Assembly (NCBI GenBank): GCA_964409875.1
Contig: CAYPEN010000002.1
Coordinates: 210,630 to 274,629, forward strand
Length of the DNA stretch: 64,000 nucleotides
Source: an uncultured Gammaproteobacteria bacterium
GTDB lineage: Bacteria > Patescibacteriota > Microgenomatia > Levybacterales > GWA1-39-11
Direction of reading: 5' to 3'
The notes beneath the pieces are model-generated. The model ran no database searches. It saw only the letters and a list, made by a program, of their open reading frames with translations, and was not told the DNA's origin. Numbering within the stretch: position 1 is the stretch's first letter; each line of letters begins with the position of its first letter. Below are positions 49,936 to 58,437 of the stretch, piece by piece. The position numbers and the translations under genes were made by a program.

Positions 49936-50631
49936 ATGCCCTGGGTATTTTTTCTCATAGAATTTCTTACTCTCTTTTTTACCTCCCGTTTTCTTTTTAA
50001 ATCATTTTATGCGCTTTTATATTTTGTGTTCCGAAGTAAGCGCATAGCAGTTGTTCTACTCTCTGCATTTTTCCTCCCCGGAGTCTTTATCCATGAATTG
50101 GCGCATCTTATTGTTGCAGAGCTTGTAAGAGTAAAAACGCATGGAATTGAATTTGTGCCGGAACTAACCGGTACTTCGTTAAAAATGGGGAGCGTAAGAG
50201 TGGAGAAGAGCGATGTTTTTAGAAATCTTTTTATAGGTATTGCCCCTATTATTGTCGGCATTTTAATACTGACATTGTCGATGTATGGCATGAGCCGGAT
50301 GTTTTCGTATTCCCAAATCTTCTCATCCCCCTTGTCTTTTGTGATAACGGTTCTGATAGGGTATGTAGTTTTTGTAATAACAAACACGATGTTTTCAAGC
50401 AGAAAAGATGTCGAGGGAGCAGTCGAGCTTTTTCTTGGGGTGGCAATTATTGTCGGAGCGCTATACCTTATGGGGCTCACACCGCACACATGGATTGTAA
50501 AAACGGCAGGACAAAAACAAGTAGTTAGCTTTGTGCAGCAAGTCGTATGGCTTCTTACAGTTCCTGTCGGGATAAATATTGCCGTTGTAATAGGGGCATA
50601 CCCTCTACTGAAAAAGCTTCGTCTTGCTTAG
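49936..50631 (+). CDS. Intramembrane metalloprotease-like protein (M50-like)
   Basis: Start ATG 49936; PGVFIHELAH (HEXXH), GIAP, SRKD. Confidence 0.75.
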   Translation: MPWVFFLIEFLTLFFTSRFLFKSFYALLYFVFRSKRIAVVLLSAFFLPGVFIHELAHLIVAELVRVKTHGIEFVPELTGTSLKMGSVRVEKSDVFRNLFIGIAPIIVGILILTLSMYGMSRMFSYSQIFSSPLSFVITVLIGYVVFVITNTMFSSRKDVEGAVELFLGVAIIVGALYLMGLTPHTWIVKTAGQKQVVSFVQQVVWLLTVPVGINIAVVIGAYPLLKKLRLA

Positions 50632-50632
50632 G

Positions 50633-50929
50633 CTACAATGAAGGATTTGCTATTTGACTGACTCCGGTGAGGGTTGAGATAAGATTTACTATGAAGAATG
50701 AAAGGAAGATGAGTACGAGCCCGACAACGGCCCAGGTAATGGTTTTTTTTGCGCTATCAATCTTTGCCTGGTCACCTTTTGACATGATATATTGTGCCCC
50801 TCCCCAGATAATAAGGACCAATGCGACGACACCTGAAAAAACGAGCGCAGCATTAATGACGTTGTGAATTACGATTGGAATGCATCCGAGTGTTGCAACA
50901 TCGCCGTTTTCGAGGCATTTATCCCACAT
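50633..50929 (-). CDS. VirB2/TrbC-like pilin
   Basis: TM-WGGAQYIMSKGDQAKIDSAKKTITWAVVGL-TM. Confidence 0.82.
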   Translation of the reverse strand: MWDKCLENGDVATLGCIPIVIHNVINAALVFSGVVALVLIIWGGAQYIMSKGDQAKIDSAKKTITWAVVGLVLIFLSFFIVNLISTLTGVSQIANPSL

Positions 50930-50936
50930 ATATGTT

Positions 50937-51350
50937 TTATGAGCCGGTTAAGGTAGGAAGTTGTAGGTTAAAGAGGCTCAGGTTGAAGAGCCCAAGGATG
51001 AGGTTGAGAATAAAGAACGCCAGAAAAACAATAATAAGTCCGATAATAGCAGCAATGATTTGGTTTCTGGCAGCTTCAACTCCGCCTTTGTCTCCTCCTG
51101 ATGTTATCCATTTGATGCCTCCCCAGATAAGAAAGAGGAGTGCAACAAGAACCGCGATAACAAAAACAATAGTAATAACAAATCCCAAAACGGAACCAAG
51201 GCTTAGGCCTTTTCCAGCACATGCAGCTTTTAAAGCGCCACTATTTGCGTTGGGGCTTTGGCATGGATCCAGCGAGTCTGCTGCATAAAGATATGGCGCG
51301 GTTGCAAGGAATAGGTAGGAAGCGGATGCTACTGCAGCGAGTTTTTTCAT
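50937..51350 (-). CDS. VirB2/TrbC-like pilin with signal peptide
   Basis: WGGIKWITSGGDKGGVEAARNQIIAAIIGL. Confidence 0.85.
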   Translation of the reverse strand: MKKLAAVASASYLFLATAPYLYAADSLDPCQSPNANSGALKAACAGKGLSLGSVLGFVITIVFVIAVLVALLFLIWGGIKWITSGGDKGGVEAARNQIIAAIIGLIIVFLAFFILNLILGLFNLSLFNLQLPTLTGS

Positions 51351-51398
51351 ATCTTATTTATTGTTATCAGGTTTGTTTTCCCTTGTCAAGTACAAGGC

Positions 51399-51731
51399 TT
51401 AGCCAAGCGACAAATTAAATAAGTCAACTTTAAAGACTTGTCCTAAAAAGTTTATTACAAAAAAAGCAAGGAAGCAGATAAGAAGCCCGAAAAGAGCGTA
51501 AATAATGGTGCGCCTTGAGCTTTCAATCTTTTGTTTGTCTCCCTCCGACCATATCCACGTAAGAGCGCCCCACACAATGAATCCAAGCGAGAGAATAATG
51601 GCTGCAATAAGAATAAGAGCCAGCCCAAATCCGATTATTTTTCCTCCGCTTCCGGAAAGTCCTTCGGTCGGAATACCGGAGGGGGCGGGAACGGGAGTTC
51701 CATTAATGGAAAGTGAAAGTAATTGTTTCAT
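51399..51731 (-). CDS. VirB2/TrbC-like pilin
   Basis: WGALTWIWSEGDKQKIESSRRTIIYALFGL. Confidence 0.82.
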   Translation of the reverse strand: MKQLLSLSINGTPVPAPSGIPTEGLSGSGGKIIGFGLALILIAAIILSLGFIVWGALTWIWSEGDKQKIESSRRTIIYALFGLLICFLAFFVINFLGQVFKVDLFNLSLG

Positions 51732-51776
51732 GGTTAATGGCTAATAGTTGATAAATTGTTAATCATTAACTATTTT

Positions 51777-53234
51777 TTACCCGAAGCCCGGGATCTTTAA
51801 GATATCGACTCCTATTATCGATAGTATCACATAGGCAAAAATGATGAAAGCAAGGCCGATGATTGCAGAAGTAAGTTGCGAACGGGCTTGGGAAATAATC
51901 TCCTTGTCACCTCTGGAGTACATGAATTTATAGGCGGCACGGATAATAATTGCCATTGCGGCAATTCCGGCAAACGACAACACAATAGTATATAGGCTCT
52001 TTATAAATGAAAGAGGGTCAAGTGGAATTTTTCCGAGAAGCGCGACATTGAATGCTTTGCAATTCCCAGTGTCTTCATCTATTTCACCAGCGGCACAGGG
52101 AATGGGAGGGACAGGTGGAACCTTGTCGATATCTTCACGGTCTGAATTGTTAGGGTCATAAACTACCTTCAGAATTTTCAATTCCTTTTTCTTCGAGAGA
52201 ATTTGGAAATAAATTTGCATGTAGGTGTATCCTCCCTCACAATTGTTTCCAATTCCAAATGGCCTGTTGTCACTTACTCTCTCGTTTATTTTTGCAACGT
52301 ATGTGCCGCTACTAAGTCCTCCGTTTGATTTATCTTTCCCCCGGCCGTATGTATTTACAGCCCCCAACTCATCTGCCCGTTTTGTAACGGAGTAACCGGT
52401 CCCGTCAAGTATGTGCTCGGGGTGGGGCTTTTGTCCGATATCTGCATACCATTGGGTGTTAATTCCAACGGTCAAATTTTGTGTCCACCAATCTTTTTCA
52501 GGAACCGTATAGCAATGTTCCTTTTTGTAACCATTGTCTGTTCCCTCGACGACCACTTGATAATTATTTTTGTTGTCGCCTCCGGGACGCCTTCCCCAAA
52601 GTGTTATTGCGACGGGTTGGCTGGTAACGTCTGAAGAGTTAAGGCGCACAAGCGGATAGGAGTGTGCAACGAAAAACTTTGCAGCAACAATTTCTCCTCC
52701 GTCTTTTCCGGGGTCAGGCCTATCAGACTTATCATCATAGTCAGCATACAGGCTTAGTTTGTATACATGGCCTTCATGGAAGTAGTCGCGTGATTCCTTG
52801 CATTTTTCTTTTAATTTCCCACCTACTTGGTCTGTTGATTTGAAACCTTGCACTTGCACTCCTTTTGCTGTTTCTTGTCCGTTGCCGCATACACTAAGTG
52901 TTATAGAGCCGTCCGATCCGGGCTTGAAATGGTTGCTGCAGCTGTCTTTTTCGTAACCGCTGCAGATGGAGTACTGTGTGCCGGGGTCAAGGTTAGTAAA
53001 TTGCACCCATACAATGCGGGTATTCCCGTCAATTCTTGTCTCCGGGTGGTTGTAGAGGTCATACAAAAGTTCGGGGTTGTCGCCAACAGGCAGGTCATTG
53101 AGCTTGTAGGAAATGGAGCTAGGCGAAGGCGGGGTTGTGGGAGCTGGGGTAGGTGTTTCTTGAGCTAAGACAACACTAGTAAAAGAGGAGGTAAATTGTA
53201 AGAACAAAAGAAATACGGCAATAAATCGTTTCAT
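51777..53234 (-). CDS. Large pilin-domain fusion (signal peptide, extracellular domain, C-terminal pilin module)
   Basis: C-terminal AAYKFMYSRGDKEIISQARSQLTSAIIGL; multiple Cys. Confidence 0.8.
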   Translation of the reverse strand: MKRFIAVFLLFLQFTSSFTSVVLAQETPTPAPTTPPSPSSISYKLNDLPVGDNPELLYDLYNHPETRIDGNTRIVWVQFTNLDPGTQYSICSGYEKDSCSNHFKPGSDGSITLSVCGNGQETAKGVQVQGFKSTDQVGGKLKEKCKESRDYFHEGHVYKLSLYADYDDKSDRPDPGKDGGEIVAAKFFVAHSYPLVRLNSSDVTSQPVAITLWGRRPGGDNKNNYQVVVEGTDNGYKKEHCYTVPEKDWWTQNLTVGINTQWYADIGQKPHPEHILDGTGYSVTKRADELGAVNTYGRGKDKSNGGLSSGTYVAKINERVSDNRPFGIGNNCEGGYTYMQIYFQILSKKKELKILKVVYDPNNSDREDIDKVPPVPPIPCAAGEIDEDTGNCKAFNVALLGKIPLDPLSFIKSLYTIVLSFAGIAAMAIIIRAAYKFMYSRGDKEIISQARSQLTSAIIGLAFIIFAYVILSIIGVDILKIPGFG

Positions 53235-53270
53235 GTATTAATCGTAGCCAAAAACGGGATACTTTGCAAT

Positions 53271-54593
53271 TTAATCCTCGAATTTATATCCGCGGCCCTT
53301 GAGGGTTTGGATGTAGTGCGGGTGATTGGGGTCTGCTTCAATTTTCTTCCTGAGCCTGTAGATTATTTGGTCAAGCGCCTGGTCGGTTACCCCTTCTTGG
53401 GTCTTCGTGTCTTTCCAGGTGGCTGTTATAATTTCATCCTTTGTGCAAATGCGTCCTTTGTTTTCAAGTAAGAAAAGTAATAGTCTAAATTCGGAAGGGG
53501 AGAGAAGGTCAGATATAGGCTGTCCTCCTTTTGTGATTTCGTTGGTGTTGGGGTCTATTTCAATTTTTTCCGTTGTTGATATGGAAAGGTTGTTGATGAA
53601 CTCTGATAAAAGGCCAATTTGAATAACCCCGTCTTTTATGAGGCCGGAGTACGTCAAAAATTCAGGAATTGGCTCCTGAGTTTTCTTTGTCAAAAATAAC
53701 TTGAGAAAAAGCTGCTCTGAAGGGAGAAGGCTTAGCCAAATTTCGTACAATGCTCCTTGTACTGCTGTTTTTTTAAGGAGGAAAGAAGAAAGTATTCCCT
53801 GAGGTATTTCGCTCAATATAGCCTCGTATGAGGCCCGTGTTAATTTGCCGTGCCCTCCGGTAAGTGCAATAAGCTCTTTTTTGAGCGCTTCATCGGCTTT
53901 TTTCCCTGTCGTTTTCTCCAAGTACGAAAGCCGGAATTCCATGCCAGTCTTGTCATACAGGTTGACGTACACAAAGTTGCCGACGACAAAATCATAAAAA
54001 TCAGAAAAAAGAGTTGGTTCCAAAAGCTCCTCAAGGGGTCTTCCGACAGCAAAAATACATGAAAACCTATATTTTGCCCTGTTTCTTAATATCTTTAAAT
54101 TGTTGAAAAACTGACTTGTCACTTCGGGAATATAGTCATGGAAACGGTCAAGAGAAAAAACGACCGTCAGTTCTTTTTCTTCACAGAGAAAATCAATACT
54201 TTGCTTGAGTGCTTGAAAAAGGATGAGCTCGTCATGAAAAGGAAGAGCTTCTTTAGTAAATGTATTAATCCGTTCTGCCTCTTCAACAAGTCCTCTTTCG
54301 TTAAGCGAGTATGAAAGGGAAATGAGGAAAAATTTTGTGGTATCAAGAAGCGTTCTTTCTTTTAGCTCCGAGCAATCAAGGTAGACGAAGTGAACATATG
54401 GTTCAAGCTCTTTTAGGTTATGAAGGCGAACCTCTTTGTTATAAGAAAGAAGGTTGAGGATATTGTTTTTTCCACCCCCGGGAAGCCCGATTAGTTGCAT
54501 AGAAAGGCCTTTTTTGATGAAAGGGACCAGGGAGGAAATTTCATGCTCGCGGGTTGTTGGTGGATAGAGGCTTTCAAAATGTTTGACTTGCAT
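53271..54593 (-). CDS. AAA-type ATPase fused to an OmpR-like winged-helix DNA-binding domain
   Basis: GLPGGGKN; C-terminal LSPSEFRLL...ALDQIIYRLRKKIE...IQTLKGRGY. Confidence 0.85.
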   Translation of the reverse strand: MQVKHFESLYPPTTREHEISSLVPFIKKGLSMQLIGLPGGGKNNILNLLSYNKEVRLHNLKELEPYVHFVYLDCSELKERTLLDTTKFFLISLSYSLNERGLVEEAERINTFTKEALPFHDELILFQALKQSIDFLCEEKELTVVFSLDRFHDYIPEVTSQFFNNLKILRNRAKYRFSCIFAVGRPLEELLEPTLFSDFYDFVVGNFVYVNLYDKTGMEFRLSYLEKTTGKKADEALKKELIALTGGHGKLTRASYEAILSEIPQGILSSFLLKKTAVQGALYEIWLSLLPSEQLFLKLFLTKKTQEPIPEFLTYSGLIKDGVIQIGLLSEFINNLSISTTEKIEIDPNTNEITKGGQPISDLLSPSEFRLLLFLLENKGRICTKDEIITATWKDTKTQEGVTDQALDQIIYRLRKKIEADPNHPHYIQTLKGRGYKFED

Positions 54594-54699
54594 ATATCAA
54601 TTGTACCTCAAATGAGGCCTCTTTTGTTGATGTTTTGTGAGCATTTTGTAAGGCAAACGTCAAGGTGAGAGGCGTCTTCTTTATTACAATTAGCGCACT

Positions 54700-57600
54700 A
54701 TGTCAGAACAAGAATATTCCTATCTTTCTTCTCAAAACGAGGCTGCATTGACAAAGAAAACGGTGAACCGTACACTGAAGAGTACAGCAAGTCCCCGTAT
54801 GGAAGAAGATCAGGAAGATATAAAAAAGGTCACGAAAAAGATAAAGGATATTGTCCGGGAGAGACAGCGCCGTGGTATCAGTGCTGACCAAGCGGCTGCT
54901 TCAAAAACGGTGTGGGAGACGATGCTCGGAAGAAAACTTACCGAGCAGGAGTCAAAAACAACTGTTGAAAAAGGTTCCCCCCTGGGTCCTGAGAACGAGC
55001 CGACAAAAGAGGAGTTGGGAATTGTTGAGAAGATAGTCAAAAATCAGAAAAAGTACGAGGACCTTATTAGTTCTACCAAAACTTATACCCCCGAGCAGTT
55101 GCGCCAAACCTTTTCGGGAGATTTGGGGAAAATCGTCACTATTATGCTGACTGAGGGGGTGGTTGGTGAGGAGAGGTATTTACACGACCTCAATGAGACA
55201 ATTGCAAAAAAAGGGCCGCAGATGCACCAGGAGGTAGCCGATATTGTCAAGAAAATCGAGCAAGATGTAGCGGAGAGAAAAAAGCAGGAAGCATTGGAGG
55301 AGGAGAAGCGCATGAAACCTGAGGGGGTTGACCTTCGAAAAGAAAAGGTGCGGGAGGCATGGGATAAGCATTTGGAGGAAAAAAGGAAAAGGGGCGAGCA
55401 GATAACAGAAGAATATTTAAAGCGGGCTAACGAACAGATAGATAGGGGAATAATGCCAAACAATGGGCCGGAGGGTGGGTTTTCAACGTTTGATTATGAC
55501 AAGTATGACAATGTTGAGCTGCGGGTTTTAGGAATAGAGCTGCGTACCCTTGGAGAGACAAATCAGTTAGATGAGAAAGTAATCCAAAGGCAAATTGGAA
55601 GGCTGAACCGCTTACTCGCTGAAAGAAAAATTACCGAACAAGAATTCAATACATTTAGAGCAGATTTAGGAGGGAAATTACAACAATGGCTCGGCGAGCG
55701 AGAGAAGGGGCTTGGTGTTTCACCAGAGCTTAACAAGCAGGACAAAAGCCAGGCGGAAAACAATGCAAAGGAAAAATTGGAATCCGCCATTGCCTCAATT
55801 CGTGGTGACGAGGAAAAAGCACTATTTGAGCAAAAGAAGAGGGAAATTCTTACTGATGATCCTATCGACCTATTGATTACAGAGCACATAAAAGATACGG
55901 AGTTGGCAAATGAGATAAAAAGAGAGTGGCTCGGGCTTCAAGAGGTAGAGAATCCGGCGGAGTTTAAGGAGAGGACAAAAGCGCTCATTGAGAAAGTGCT
56001 GGCGATAAAGCCACCCGAGGAGGAGAAGGAGGGGTCATCAAAAAGTGACGCCGAACTTGCCGAAAAAGCGGAAAAAAAGGGATTGAAGTTCAACAGTATC
56101 TATCAGGAAGGGATTGAACAGGGATGGTTTGACCCGGACCTTTTGAGAACTGAGCCGCGAAGCATCGTGGACTTGGCCAAATGGATTATGATAACTGATG
56201 ATGCCCGCATTTGGGGACCAGAGGGAGACCATCCGCTTTTTATGGTAAAAAAAGTCGGTGTCCCAGAAAGAGATCCTGCAACCGGTGAGCAATTGAGAGA
56301 TAAAAACGATAAGCTCATATGGAAAGAACAAGCCGAGATCGAATTTCAGTCGGACAGTTTTATTATCTGGCTACGTAATAAGATGATTGAGCTGCATCTT
56401 GATAACTCAACCGACCCCATGAGTCCCCTCACACAAGTTGCGATACGTACGCTCTATAGCCCTGTCAATTTGATTTCAATGAAATACGACAAGCAGCGGT
56501 ACTTTTCAGACCCTAAAACGGGAGAGATTATGGATGACCTTTACAATGAAGTCATTCTTGAAGCCTGGCTTTTCGGCGTGAGGCGCAATAATGACCTTGC
56601 GTACCGTCAGGCAATGAATAGTGACGACAAGCTTTTTGAGACAATGGTTGGACTCAATTCCAAAAATGAGCACACAAATTCCACAAACGCTGCAGATTAT
56701 TACTCAATGGCCGATAAATATGTGAGAGGATACGATGAGAATGGGAGGGAAAGACAAAGGGATACGAAAGTTGGAGACGCTATTCTTTTATCAAACGCAT
56801 TATACCGGAATATTTCAGATATTGAAAAACTGCGTCAACTTCTGCCTTCTGATAGCCCACTTTTTACCCGCGAGGGGTGGGAAAATGCAGTACGGATAAT
56901 TCAAGGGAAGGGACAATGGGAGCAAGTTAACGAGTATGCCAACATGCGGTTCGATGCAAATAGGGTGTATGTAATTGACCCTGCAACCAAGCAAGAGCAG
57001 GTAATTTTTGACGAGAACGGAAAGCTTAACGAAGCAAATTTCATAAAATATCTCAACTTCTTTGTTTCACCAACCTCTCTTCAGACAAATGTCGCTCACG
57101 TTAGGGAGCTTGTAAAACTATCTATTGCCAAAGAAATCGGTCTTGATGACGGTCTTTCATATCCTCCCGACGAAGAAACATGGGATAAAGAGGAGCAGCA
57201 GGCAAAAAATGAGAGGCGAAGTATATCTATTAAAGGAAGACGGAATACAAAGCGCATCAATTTGGAATTTGCTGAAATCAATTCATATGTTGAGCAGCGG
57301 TGGAACGGGGCGGCCGCGCGCTCAGATACAAATGTAAGAGGGTATGACGCATGGACAAAAATGTTTGCGCAAAGATATAGGGAGAGACAGTCAGGAATTG
57401 ACACAATGGGGCCGATTGGGAACCCAAATGATATACCAATTCTTAAGCAGCTTGCACCCGATATGTGGCTTGCGCTAAAGACTGAGAATGGAGAAGTAGC
57501 TCAGGAAGTATTCGAGAAGATCTTGAGCGTTATTCCAAGACTATATAAAGAGGCAAAGACAGATGAGGAACGCGCTCAGGTGCAGGAGCTTCGCAATAAA

Positions 57601-58431
57601 CTTATCAGTACGCTTCGCTTCCCTGAGGGGACACAACTTGATTGGGCGTCTAACCAAGTGATGAGAGCTGCAAATGTGTGGCATGCGATGCTTGACACGG
57701 AGGACCTTGGGTTTAACAAGCTTGTAACGCGCAATGTATGGGGCGTTTTGCAGTATAGTAGGGCAGATTTTGAGAAAACAGTAAAGGACACATTTATCAA
57801 AAACAGGCGGTATGCGTTCAAGTCAAATAACGCTCTCAATTACGGTGCAAAAGAACGGGTGTGGGTGGGGGAGAAAGATGGGGTACCAATCTACAAAGAG
57901 ATGACGGTGGCAGAATATATGTTCGGGCACAATGTGACCGCTCCTCTTATCGATGACTGGTATGACGGGAAAGCAAAAATAAAAAAAAGAGTTAATCCAA
58001 CAACAGGAAAAGTAGAGGATGATGTTACTTATAAGGGGGCGCAGCTTGAGGAATACCTGGCAAGCTCTGAGGGGAGAAACCATTTGTTTAAAAACGTCTG
58101 CCGGGCGGGTCTTGCCGCACAATTGAAGGCGCACAGCAATTGGCAGGGGACTGGGGAGCGGTGGAGCAATTCTATGGTAAGGAATTTCGTAGACTCACTC
58201 AAGACGCTGCGGGCATATAAGGAAGAACCCCCGGGTAGCGGAAATGAAGTGGTAGACACCTCAAAAGGTGCCTTTTTTTCCCAGGAGGATATTGATTGGA
58301 TTTTGGAGCAGGCCGGACGTCAGAAGTGGAGAATGGCCCTCGAAGATGCAGCAGTTACGGGAATAGATTTGAGTAAAAGTATTCCAGAACTTCTAAAAGC
58401 ATTTATGGGTGGGATTGTGGATTTCTCTTAA
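54700..58431 (+). CDS. Large (1243 aa) charged orphan protein
   Basis: Long uninterrupted ORF; no signal peptide or recognisable motif. Confidence 0.88.
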   Translation: MSEQEYSYLSSQNEAALTKKTVNRTLKSTASPRMEEDQEDIKKVTKKIKDIVRERQRRGISADQAAASKTVWETMLGRKLTEQESKTTVEKGSPLGPENEPTKEELGIVEKIVKNQKKYEDLISSTKTYTPEQLRQTFSGDLGKIVTIMLTEGVVGEERYLHDLNETIAKKGPQMHQEVADIVKKIEQDVAERKKQEALEEEKRMKPEGVDLRKEKVREAWDKHLEEKRKRGEQITEEYLKRANEQIDRGIMPNNGPEGGFSTFDYDKYDNVELRVLGIELRTLGETNQLDEKVIQRQIGRLNRLLAERKITEQEFNTFRADLGGKLQQWLGEREKGLGVSPELNKQDKSQAENNAKEKLESAIASIRGDEEKALFEQKKREILTDDPIDLLITEHIKDTELANEIKREWLGLQEVENPAEFKERTKALIEKVLAIKPPEEEKEGSSKSDAELAEKAEKKGLKFNSIYQEGIEQGWFDPDLLRTEPRSIVDLAKWIMITDDARIWGPEGDHPLFMVKKVGVPERDPATGEQLRDKNDKLIWKEQAEIEFQSDSFIIWLRNKMIELHLDNSTDPMSPLTQVAIRTLYSPVNLISMKYDKQRYFSDPKTGEIMDDLYNEVILEAWLFGVRRNNDLAYRQAMNSDDKLFETMVGLNSKNEHTNSTNAADYYSMADKYVRGYDENGRERQRDTKVGDAILLSNALYRNISDIEKLRQLLPSDSPLFTREGWENAVRIIQGKGQWEQVNEYANMRFDANRVYVIDPATKQEQVIFDENGKLNEANFIKYLNFFVSPTSLQTNVAHVRELVKLSIAKEIGLDDGLSYPPDEETWDKEEQQAKNERRSISIKGRRNTKRINLEFAEINSYVEQRWNGAAARSDTNVRGYDAWTKMFAQRYRERQSGIDTMGPIGNPNDIPILKQLAPDMWLALKTENGEVAQEVFEKILSVIPRLYKEAKTDEERAQVQELRNKLISTLRFPEGTQLDWASNQVMRAANVWHAMLDTEDLGFNKLVTRNVWGVLQYSRADFEKTVKDTFIKNRRYAFKSNNALNYGAKERVWVGEKDGVPIYKEMTVAEYMFGHNVTAPLIDDWYDGKAKIKKRVNPTTGKVEDDVTYKGAQLEEYLASSEGRNHLFKNVCRAGLAAQLKAHSNWQGTGERWSNSMVRNFVDSLKTLRAYKEEPPGSGNEVVDTSKGAFFSQEDIDWILEQAGRQKWRMALEDAAVTGIDLSKSIPELLKAFMGGIVDFS

Positions 58432-58437
58432 GTTCTG

